Part shown: positions 36,986 through 44,590 of the stretch, piece by piece
Position numbering within the stretch: the stretch's first letter is position 1
Layout of the letters: the number at the start of each line of letters is the position of its first letter
Assembly: GCA_045653705.1 (NCBI GenBank)
Contig: JAZOMG010000006.1
Span: forward strand, 25,972-89,971
Length of the DNA: 64,000 nucleotides
Source: Eubacteriales bacterium
GTDB taxonomy: Bacteria > Bacillota > Clostridia > Oscillospirales > CAG-272
Direction: 5' to 3'
Translations under genes and position numbers: made by a program
Notes under the pieces: generated by a model
What the model saw: only the letters and a program-made list of their open reading frames with translations
What the model was told of the DNA's origin: nothing
Databases searched by the model: none

Positions 36986-39697
36986 ATGAACGAAAAATGG
37001 TTTGGATTAAGTATTGCTGATATTGAGAAAAAGCTAAAGACCAACGCCGCCTCGGGGCTTTCCCCAAAGGCGGCTCGTTCTCGTGGAAACAGAGGGGCGG
37101 GGCATTTGTTCTATCTCCCCAAAAAATCGGTATGGCGGTTGATCTTTGAATTAATGTCGGATTTTTCTTTAGTAATACTTTTGCTTGGCGCTATATTTTC
37201 GTTGGCTTTTGAGGTGGAAGAGCGAGTAAGAGGCGGAGTTGTTCTTGCAATAGCGGTAGGGGCGATCGCGTTTTGCGGTATAATGTATTTCCGTTCGCAA
37301 AGAATGACTGAATCTCTCAATTCGTTTTTCTATCCCTCAGCAAAGGTTATAAGAGGTGGCAGACTTTACTGTGTTGATTTTCGTTCGGTTGTTGTTGGGG
37401 ACGTTATCCTACTTGAAAAAGGGGATATTCTTTGCGTAGATGCGAGAATAGTAACATCAGACGACTTAAGGGTAAAAATGCGTGTTTCTCGTGACGAGTA
37501 CGCAATTCTTGAAAAATATGCCGATGGCGTTACCGCACCAAATGAGCAAAGGGCTAAGGAGATGGCAAATATGCTCCACGCAGGCTCGGTTGTACTTTCG
37601 GGCGGAGCGCGGGCAATAGTAACGGCTGTTGGTAAATATACATATCTGGGCGCGATGACAGGCGGAATACCTTTGCCTGTATCCGATGCGCGACCGAAAT
37701 TTTTGAGCAAGCTACGCAAGCAATGCTCAAAAATCAATATGATAACCCTTATATCGGTTTTGCCCTTTAGTATGATCAGTCTACTTCTTGGTAATATGCT
37801 TTCCGAGCGGGAATCTGTTCTTTCTATAGCTTTTTTAACAGGCTTGGCTATTGCTGCCACAACTATGTCCCAGCTTACATGTGTGCTGTTGCGTATGTAC
37901 TATACTCATAAGATAAGGCGCTTGGTTATGAATGACAGTGCGGCGGTGGTTAAATCGGTAGAGGCTTTTGATAAGCTATCAGACGCAGATTATATATTTA
38001 TGCTCGACGGTTGCGCGGCTACTGACGGCGTGTATCACTATACCTGCGCACATTGCGCGGAGGGGGAAATACGAAGCTACGCCTCTCTAAATAAAACGGC
38101 TCGCAAGCTTTCGGAATACGTATCTGTATATTATTTTGCGGCAACACGAACTCTAACCACGGGAATAAGCGGAGCGGGGGATTATTTTCTCGGAATTGAA
38201 GAGTTTATAAAAAAGTGTGACGTAGACAGAGATGCCTTAAAAATAAGATGTCCTGTAAGCTCATACCTGGCGGGAAATATGACCGATGCTCCCGAGAGAG
38301 TGTTGTTTAAGGATATGGGACGCTCTTACTGTCTTAATGTGTGGAGAACACCTGTGGCACTTCAAAACTGCCGTACCGTTATGTTAGGCGGTGACGAACA
38401 ACCATTAAGCGCTGACGGAATAAAACAGCTTGCAGACGCGTGGAAAAAAAGGGAAGCAGTTGGAGAAACGCCTATTTTATTCACACTTTCTTCTGCGGAC
38501 CAAGCATACGGCACAGAATGCTTTTTAGGCGAAATTATTTTAAAAGAGGGCGTAGACCTGAATTTAAGTAAAAATATTACACGTCTTGGACGGATGGGCT
38601 GTAAGGTAGTATCCTTTTCAAGACGCGGAAATGCACCTAAGCTTCCAACCCCGCTCATTGGACGCGGCTGTGTTGTGAAAGCATCATTTGCGAGAAATAA
38701 ATTGCCTCTTACATATAATTTTGGCAGTATAGGCGCATATTCGGACTTCTCCGATGACGATATTCTGACACTTATCGATTATGCTCATTCTCAAGGAAAA
38801 AGGGTTATAGTAGTAGGCTTTAATGAAAGCGCTATGCGGATAGGCGCTAAGGCGGACGGCTTTATTACTTGCTCGGATATCTCCCCCAAGACCTTTGGAT
38901 ATTTAAATGAAGAAATACATAGCACAGAGCTGGCGGGGCAGAACGGAAGCGTTAACTGTATTCAAACCGTTAAGGAAAGAGCCGATTGTATAATAACCCG
39001 ACCTAAGAATGGCAGAGGTGGACTTGGTGGTATCTTGGCTGTGTTTACTGAGCTTCGCTCTGTATATAGAAACATATCGGACTATCTGAGATATACGCTA
39101 TGCGCGCAAATTATAAGACTGATTATAGTAGGCTGTCCGATGCTGTTGGGAGATGCCATACTTGACGCACGACACGTGTTGCTTTGCTCATACGTTCTTG
39201 ACCTTTTTGTTTTCTTCGGTTTTATGCTGAGGAAGAGTGTTTATATAAATAAAAGGTTGAAAAACTATTGCAAGGCAGAATCAATAAAGGATTATCTTAC
39301 AGGCGACAGTCCAATGCTTATTTCAAGTATTGTATCATCTGTAATAGCGGTACTGTTGCCCATAGGTGCAGACCTGTTGATAGGTGACTATGATTACAGA
39401 CTTGAGGGGCTGCTTACATCGATTTTGCTCCTACATATCACGGCATTTGTTATGATTTACTACGGTAACAATTGGAAAGAAATCAAGTACGTGTATAAAA
39501 ATAAGCTGTTGCTTATTGAGATTGCGACGGTCATTCTGCTATGGGCGCTGTGCTTTGCTTTTTCTCCCATAGGTGTTCTGTTCGGAATTGAGGGAATGAT
39601 GCCTGCGGTTTACCTATGTATAGCGGTTGTTCCGTCAATTGTATTTGCTGTGATCTTTATTCTCATAAGTCGAAAAAAGCAAATGAAGAAATTTTGA
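36986..39697 (+). CDS. P-type ATPase-like membrane protein with degenerate catalytic motifs (predicted pseudo-enzyme)
   Basis: About 903 aa. A P2-type layout is recognisable (N-terminal GLSPKAARSR, A-domain VIRGGRLYCVDFRSVVVGDVILLEKGDILCVDARIV, 10 hydrophobic segments), but TGES is absent, PEGLP reads TMSQL, DKTGT reads LDGCAAT and GDGxNDxP reads VGFNESAM. The ATG at 36986 is 2 nt after the clp stop; a GTG at 36974 is an alternative start. Confidence 0.7.
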   Translation: MNEKWFGLSIADIEKKLKTNAASGLSPKAARSRGNRGAGHLFYLPKKSVWRLIFELMSDFSLVILLLGAIFSLAFEVEERVRGGVVLAIAVGAIAFCGIMYFRSQRMTESLNSFFYPSAKVIRGGRLYCVDFRSVVVGDVILLEKGDILCVDARIVTSDDLRVKMRVSRDEYAILEKYADGVTAPNEQRAKEMANMLHAGSVVLSGGARAIVTAVGKYTYLGAMTGGIPLPVSDARPKFLSKLRKQCSKINMITLISVLPFSMISLLLGNMLSERESVLSIAFLTGLAIAATTMSQLTCVLLRMYYTHKIRRLVMNDSAAVVKSVEAFDKLSDADYIFMLDGCAATDGVYHYTCAHCAEGEIRSYASLNKTARKLSEYVSVYYFAATRTLTTGISGAGDYFLGIEEFIKKCDVDRDALKIRCPVSSYLAGNMTDAPERVLFKDMGRSYCLNVWRTPVALQNCRTVMLGGDEQPLSADGIKQLADAWKKREAVGETPILFTLSSADQAYGTECFLGEIILKEGVDLNLSKNITRLGRMGCKVVSFSRRGNAPKLPTPLIGRGCVVKASFARNKLPLTYNFGSIGAYSDFSDDDILTLIDYAHSQGKRVIVVGFNESAMRIGAKADGFITCSDISPKTFGYLNEEIHSTELAGQNGSVNCIQTVKERADCIITRPKNGRGGLGGILAVFTELRSVYRNISDYLRYTLCAQIIRLIIVGCPMLLGDAILDARHVLLCSYVLDLFVFFGFMLRKSVYINKRLKNYCKAESIKDYLTGDSPMLISSIVSSVIAVLLPIGADLLIGDYDYRLEGLLTSILLLHITAFVMIYYGNNWKEIKYVYKNKLLLIEIATVILLWALCFAFSPIGVLFGIEGMMPAVYLCIAVVPSIVFAVIFILISRKKQMKKF

Positions 39698-39711
39698 ATA
39701 TAGACAAAACC

Positions 39712-39757
39712 CCCTTGCATAGATTTAATTAGCTATACTATGCAAGGGAGATTTTAT
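39712..39757 (+). terminator. Hairpin after the ATPase-like gene; its 3' arm overlaps the ylmC Shine-Dalgarno
   Basis: CCCTTGCATAG-15 nt-CTATGCAAGGG followed by AGATTTTATT. GGGAG of the 3' arm lies 9 nt before the ATG at 39759. Confidence 0.5.
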
Positions 39758-39758
39758 T

Positions 39759-40040
39759 ATGGAACGGTTCAGTACCTGTGAGTTAAGAGAGAAAGAAGTT
39801 ATAAATCTGTGCGACGGTACTCGGCTGGGTTGTCCCTGTGACTTTGAATTTAACGTTTATGAGGGAGCTATAACAGCGCTTATCGTGCCTCGCCCAAGCG
39901 GCTTTTTAGGGCTTAGCCATGCAAACGACCTGGTTATTCCTTGGGATAATATCGAATGTATCGGCACGGACGCTATACTTGTCAGAATGACATCGAACGA
40001 AAGCCATGTTGTATATAAGGGTAAGAACAGTAAAAGATAA
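39759..40040 (+). CDS. YlmC/YmxH family sporulation protein (PRC-barrel)
   Basis: 93 aa. The pattern CELREKEVINLCDGTRLG..DFEF.....I.ALIVP.......IPWDNIECIGTDAILV is typical of YlmC/YmxH. Confidence 0.8.
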   Translation: MERFSTCELREKEVINLCDGTRLGCPCDFEFNVYEGAITALIVPRPSGFLGLSHANDLVIPWDNIECIGTDAILVRMTSNESHVVYKGKNSKR

Positions 40041-40078
40041 TATAATTGTAAATAATTTGTAAATATATTTTATTTCTA

Positions 40079-40107
40079 TTGAAGTATATAAAAAAATATG
40101 GTATAAT
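40079..40107 (+). promoter_or_regulatory. Near-consensus sigma-A promoter of rpsB-tsf
   Basis: TTGAAG (40079-40084), 17 nt spacer, TATAAT (40102-40107), with an extended -10 TG at 40099-40100. Confidence 0.65.
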
Positions 40108-40242
40108 CTCTGCAATTGCGCGAATGAAAATCATTCGGCAAAATAAAAAATACACACACGTGCGCAGAGGGCGATGCGGTGTTGTCGAAAGGCAATAAAA
40201 TCGCTATGTGTACGTGGTGGAAAAACCGAAGGAGGACATAAA

Positions 40243-40992
40243 ATGTCTATTATCTCAATCAAACAGCTTCTCGAAGCAGGCGTTCATTTTGGACACCACA
40301 CCAGAAGATGGAATCCTAAGATGCAGGAGTACATTTTCACAGAAAGAAACGGCATCTACATCATCGACCTTCAGAAAACAGTTAAGAAGTTTGATGAAGC
40401 TTACGCGTTTGTTCGCGACGTAGCGGCAGAGGGTGGAAACATTCTCTTCGTTGGTACTAAGAAGCAGGCAGCTGACGCTATTAAGGAAGAGGCTACCCGT
40501 TGCGGAATGTACTACGTAAACGTTCGTTGGCCCGGCGGTATGATGACCAACTTCAAGACTATCAAGCGTTCTATCGCTCGTCTTAACAGCCTTGAAAAGA
40601 TGCAAGAGGACGGAACTTTCGATCTTCTTCCTAAGAAAGAGGTTGCCGCTAAGCAGAAAGAGATCTTCGATCTTCAGAAGAACTACGGCGGTATCAAGAA
40701 TATGGAAGAGCTTCCCGCAGCTATCTTTATAGTTGACCCCAAGAAGGAAAGAAATGCAGTTCTTGAGGCTAAGAGACTCGGTATCCCCGTTGTTGCTATC
40801 GTTGATACCAACTGTGACCCCGATGATGCTGATTACATCATTCCCGGTAACGATGACGCTATCCGCGCTATCAAGCTTATCTCGGCTTCTCTCGCTGACG
40901 CAGTTATCGAGGGCAGACAGGGCGAGCAGCTCGTAGAGGAAGTAGCTGAAGAGGCAGCAGAGGAAGTTGCTGAAGAAGCAGCTGCTGAGTAA
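40243..40992 (+). CDS. rpsB: 30S ribosomal protein S2 (with acidic EEVAEEAA C-terminal tail)
   Basis: [27 protein letters not shown] and following sequence. GGAGGA at 40231-40236. The ATG at 40243 is preferred to the track start at 40174. Confidence 0.95.
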   Translation: MSIISIKQLLEAGVHFGHHTRRWNPKMQEYIFTERNGIYIIDLQKTVKKFDEAYAFVRDVAAEGGNILFVGTKKQAADAIKEEATRCGMYYVNVRWPGGMMTNFKTIKRSIARLNSLEKMQEDGTFDLLPKKEVAAKQKEIFDLQKNYGGIKNMEELPAAIFIVDPKKERNAVLEAKRLGIPVVAIVDTNCDPDDADYIIPGNDDAIRAIKLISASLADAVIEGRQGEQLVEEVAEEAAEEVAEEAAAE

Positions 40993-41027
40993 TTTTCTTA
41001 CAATAAACATTTGAAAGGAATACTAAA

Positions 41028-41957
41028 ATGGCAAATATTACTGCAAAAGATGTTGCGGCTCTCCGCGCAAAGACCGGTATCGGTATGATGGAGTGCAAGA
41101 AAGCACTTGTTGAGGCTAACGGTGATGTTGAAGAGGCAATAAAGATTCTCCGTAAGAGAGGCGAGCTTAAGGCTGAGGCTAAGGCTGCTTCCAGAATTGC
41201 GGCTGACGGTATCGTTGATATAATGAGCGAGAATGGCGTAACTGCTATGATCGAGGTTAACTCCGAGACCGACTTCGTTGCTAAGAACGCATCTTTCCAG
41301 GAATTCGTAAAGAATCTTCTTAAGACAATCATTGCAAACAAGCCCGCAGACGTTGATGCTCTTATGGCATCCACTTACGTTGACGGTTCTGCTACCGTTG
41401 ACGCAAAGCTTAAGGAAATGATCTTCGTTATCGGAGAAAAGCTCAGCATTCGCCGCTTTGTAGTTGTTGAGGGACTTACAAGCACATATATCCACGGCGC
41501 AGGCTCTATCGGTGTTATCGTTTCTTTTGATGCCGATGCTGCTGTTGCTGCAAAGGATGAGTTCACCGCATTCGCTAAGAACATCGCACTTCAGGTTGGC
41601 GCATATCCTACGCCTTACCTCAATCGCGAGTCTGTTCCCGCATCTGTTATAGATGAGGAAAAGGCAATTCTTATGGCACAGATCGCTAACGATCCCGCTA
41701 ATGCTAAGAAGCCTGCACAGATCATCGAAAAGATGGTTACAGGAAGAATTAGCAAGTTCTACGACAATAACTGTCTGTTGGATATGGCATACGTTAAGGA
41801 TGACGATATGAAGGTTGGTCAGTACGTTGCCGCAACCGCTAAAGAGCTGGGCGGAAACATCACTGTTACAGGCTTCCACCGCTTTGAAAAGGGGGAGGGT
41901 ATCCAGAAGAGAGAAGAAAACTTTGCGGAAGAGATCGCAAAGCTCACAAATAAGTAA
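41028..41957 (+). CDS. tsf: Translation elongation factor Ts
   Basis: 309 aa. MANITAKDVAALRAKTGIGMMECKKAL UBA-like N-terminus and the EF-Ts core. Confidence 0.95.
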   Translation: MANITAKDVAALRAKTGIGMMECKKALVEANGDVEEAIKILRKRGELKAEAKAASRIAADGIVDIMSENGVTAMIEVNSETDFVAKNASFQEFVKNLLKTIIANKPADVDALMASTYVDGSATVDAKLKEMIFVIGEKLSIRRFVVVEGLTSTYIHGAGSIGVIVSFDADAAVAAKDEFTAFAKNIALQVGAYPTPYLNRESVPASVIDEEKAILMAQIANDPANAKKPAQIIEKMVTGRISKFYDNNCLLDMAYVKDDDMKVGQYVAATAKELGGNITVTGFHRFEKGEGIQKREENFAEEIAKLTNK

Positions 41958-42000
41958 TTTAAATTATTTATTTTGAGAGTGAATTTTAAAAAATAAAGTG

Positions 42001-42041
42001 ATTGCACCTCAAAACAAAGCTTTGAGGTGCAATTTGCTTTT
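42001..42041 (+). terminator. Rho-independent terminator after tsf
   Basis: ATTGCACCTCAAA-acaaagc-TTTGAGGTGCAAT followed by TTGCTTTT. Confidence 0.75.
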
Positions 42042-42065
42042 AGTTAATTATACAAGGAGTTATCT

Positions 42066-42920
42066 ATGTATAAGATTGTTAAAAAAGAAATTTTAAACCC
42101 TACCGTAACAAAAATGGAAATTGAAGCGCCTCTTGTTGCCGCCAAGGCAGAGCCGGGGCAGTTTATTATTCTTCGCGTTGACGACGAGGGCGAGCGTATC
42201 CCTCTTACAGTGGCAGGATATGACAGGGAAAAGGGAACTGTTACGATAATATTTCAGATAGTAGGCGCAACCACCGCTCTTTTAAATACAAAAAAAGAGG
42301 GCGATTATATTTCTGATTTTGTGGGTCCTCTTGGTAATAAGACAAGACTTGACGGCTTGAAAAAGGTTTGCATAGTCGGTGGGGGAGTTGGTTGCGCAAT
42401 TGCGTTGCCGATAGCTCAAAAATTAAAGGAAATAGGCTGTGACGTAACGTCTGTTATAGGTTTTAGGTCTAAAGAACTTCTCATATTAGAAGATGAATTT
42501 TCCAAAGCCTCGAATAAGATTATAGTTATGACCGATGACGGCTCGTATGGACGGCAGGGAAACGTTTGTGTTCCGCTTAATGAAATGTTCGCCTCGGGTG
42601 AGTCCTTTGACGAGGTAATCACCATAGGACCCCTCATTATGATGAAATTTGTAGTTGAAGCCGTAAGACCTACGGGAATTCCTTGCACAGTGTCAATGAA
42701 TCCAATTATGATTGACGGTACGGGAATGTGCGGCGGCTGTCGGCTTACTTTAAATAGAGACGGGAAAAAGGTAACCGAATTTGCCTGTGTCAACGGCCCC
42801 GATTTTAACGGATACGAGGTTGATTTTGACGAGGCAATGTTGAGAGGCGGAATGTACAGAGATTTTGAACGTCACGCGTATGAAAGCGCCTGCAATCTGT
42901 TTAATAAGGAGACAAAGTAA
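42066..42920 (+). CDS. nfnA: NfnA-like FAD/NAD-binding iron-sulfur flavoprotein (sulfide/dihydroorotate dehydrogenase-like small subunit)
   Basis: 284 aa. Ferredoxin-NADP-reductase-like fold (GQFIILRV, GGGVGCA) and a C-terminal Cys cluster (CGGC..C). Paired with the GltD-like large subunit at a 2-nt gap. Confidence 0.75.
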   Translation: MYKIVKKEILNPTVTKMEIEAPLVAAKAEPGQFIILRVDDEGERIPLTVAGYDREKGTVTIIFQIVGATTALLNTKKEGDYISDFVGPLGNKTRLDGLKKVCIVGGGVGCAIALPIAQKLKEIGCDVTSVIGFRSKELLILEDEFSKASNKIIVMTDDGSYGRQGNVCVPLNEMFASGESFDEVITIGPLIMMKFVVEAVRPTGIPCTVSMNPIMIDGTGMCGGCRLTLNRDGKKVTEFACVNGPDFNGYEVDFDEAMLRGGMYRDFERHAYESACNLFNKETK

Positions 42921-42922
42921 AC

Positions 42923-44335
42923 ATGGCTAATATGAGTTTAGAAAAAAATCCTATGCCTACCCAAGAGCCATCTGTTCGATGTCATAATTTTAATGAGGTT
43001 GCGCTTGGATATAGTGAGGAAACCGCGGTAAACGAAGCTTTGCGTTGCCTTAACTGTAAAAATATGCCTTGTGTTACAGGATGTCCCGTAAACGTTCATA
43101 TACCCGAATTTATCTCGAAGATAAAAGAGATGGATTTTGAGGGGGCGTATCAGATTATAGCAAGAAGCTCTAGCCTTCCTGCGGTTTGCGGACGTGTATG
43201 TCCTCAGGAAACGCAGTGCGAAAGCAAGTGCGTGAGAGGAATAAAGGGAGAGCCTGTGGGAATCGGCAGACTCGAACGCTTTGTAGCCGATTGGCATAAC
43301 GCCCATTCTGAATCGACACCCACTGTTGACGATTTCAACGGACATAGAGTTGCCGTGGTCGGCGCAGGACCCAGCGGACTTACCTGTGCGGGAGACCTTG
43401 CCAAAAAAGGATATAAGGTAACTGTATTTGAAGCTCTGCATTCTGCGGGAGGCGTGCTTGTGTACGGAATTCCCGAATTCAGACTGCCTAAGTCTATAGT
43501 TCAAAAGGAAGTTGATAATCTTAAAGCTATGGGCGTTGAAATAGAGACAAACGTTGTGATTGGAAAAACACTTACGGTAGATGAGCTTTTTGAAAAAGGC
43601 TATGAAGCGGTATTTATAGGCTCGGGCGCAGGATTGCCAAGCTTTATGGGAATCCCCGGTGAATCTCTCAACGGAGTTTATTCGGCAAATGAGTTCCTTA
43701 CTCGTTCCAATCTTATGAAAGCATATAAGGATGAGCCTGTAACGCCTATAATGAAAGGCGGTAAGGTTGCTGTTGTGGGTGGCGGTAACGTTGCAATGGA
43801 TGCGGCGAGAACAGCTTTGCGTCTTGGCGCTGAAAAGGTATTTATAGTTTACAGGCGTTCTATGGATGAGCTTCCCGCGCGTAAGGAAGAGGTGGAGCAT
43901 GCCATAGAAGAGGGAATAGAATTTAAGCTTCTCAATAATCCTATTGAAATTCTTGGATATCACTCAGATGATAGACGCGACCCCAAAAATGGATTTGTTG
44001 TCGGTATGAAGTGTATACAAATGGAGCTTGGCGAGCCTGACGAACGAGGCAGACGCTCACCTGTTCCTGTTGAGGGCAGTGAGTTTGTTCTTGATGTTGA
44101 TACGGTCATAATGTCTATCGGTACATCACCGAATCCCTTGATTAAAATGACAACAGACGGACTTGACGTTAACCGCAGAGGCGGAATCGTTGTTGAAGAA
44201 GCAACAGGCGCTACAACCCGTGAAGGCGTGTTTGCGGGCGGTGATGCGGTAACAGGTGCGGCAACGGTTATTTCCGCAATGGGCGCAGGAAAAACGGCTG
44301 CCAAGGCTATTGATGAGTATATTACATCTAAATAA
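42923..44335 (+). CDS. nfnB: NfnB-like NADPH-dependent glutamate-synthase-homologous oxidoreductase
   Basis: 470 aa. Two N-terminal [4Fe-4S] Cys motifs (CLNCKNMPCVTGCP; CGRVCPQETQCESKC) and two dinucleotide folds (VVGAGPSGL, VVGGGNVAMD). Confidence 0.75.
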   Translation: MANMSLEKNPMPTQEPSVRCHNFNEVALGYSEETAVNEALRCLNCKNMPCVTGCPVNVHIPEFISKIKEMDFEGAYQIIARSSSLPAVCGRVCPQETQCESKCVRGIKGEPVGIGRLERFVADWHNAHSESTPTVDDFNGHRVAVVGAGPSGLTCAGDLAKKGYKVTVFEALHSAGGVLVYGIPEFRLPKSIVQKEVDNLKAMGVEIETNVVIGKTLTVDELFEKGYEAVFIGSGAGLPSFMGIPGESLNGVYSANEFLTRSNLMKAYKDEPVTPIMKGGKVAVVGGGNVAMDAARTALRLGAEKVFIVYRRSMDELPARKEEVEHAIEEGIEFKLLNNPIEILGYHSDDRRDPKNGFVVGMKCIQMELGEPDERGRRSPVPVEGSEFVLDVDTVIMSIGTSPNPLIKMTTDGLDVNRRGGIVVEEATGATTREGVFAGGDAVTGAATVISAMGAGKTAAKAIDEYITSK

Positions 44336-44376
44336 AAAAATCACAGAGTTCAAAATTGAACTCTGTGATTTTTTTA
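44334..44376. terminator. Bidirectional rho-independent terminator between nfnB and the DUF896 gene
   Basis: A7-TCACAGAGTTCAA-aa-TTGAACTCTGTGA-T8, a perfect 13-bp stem. Confidence 0.8.
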
Positions 44377-44580
44377 TTTGTTGTCTTTTTTTAACGGCTT
44401 GCGAGATCCGTCGGGATATTGAATTACAGTATTATCGAGCATAGCGCCGAAGGATAATCTTATTTCGTTGATATATTCTTGGCGAAGCGCTGCTTGCTCT
44501 TGCTTTTCTGCTTCCGTAAGCTCAGCTTCCTTGGATTTTTTTGCAAGCTCGTTTATTCTGTTTAGCTTTTCTTTTTCCAT
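44374..44580 (-). CDS. DUF896 (UPF0291/YnzC-like) small helical protein
   Basis: 68 aa. The pattern LNRINELAKKSKEAELTEAEKQEQAALRQEYI is typical of DUF896. It starts 10 nt after the pheT stop. Confidence 0.75.
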   Translation of the reverse strand: MEKEKLNRINELAKKSKEAELTEAEKQEQAALRQEYINEIRLSFGAMLDNTVIQYPDGSRKPLKKDNK

Positions 44581-44590
44581 TTTCTATCCC

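Noticed and set aside
40930-40989. Repetitive GAAGAGGCAGCAGAGGAAGTTGCTGAAGAAGCAGCTGCT stretch
   Set aside because: It is in frame within rpsB and encodes an acidic [18 protein letters not shown] tail. This is low-complexity coding sequence, not a tandem-repeat element or CRISPR.
40255-41879. Two long minus-strand ORFs (251 and 293 aa) across rpsB and tsf
   Set aside because: They are antisense to two universally conserved, clearly recognisable genes. Their products have no motifs and there is no Shine-Dalgarno. Same codon-bias artefact.
42938-43963. 341-aa minus-strand ORF
   Set aside because: It is antisense to the NfnB/GltD-like gene, which has clear Fe-S and dinucleotide-binding motifs.
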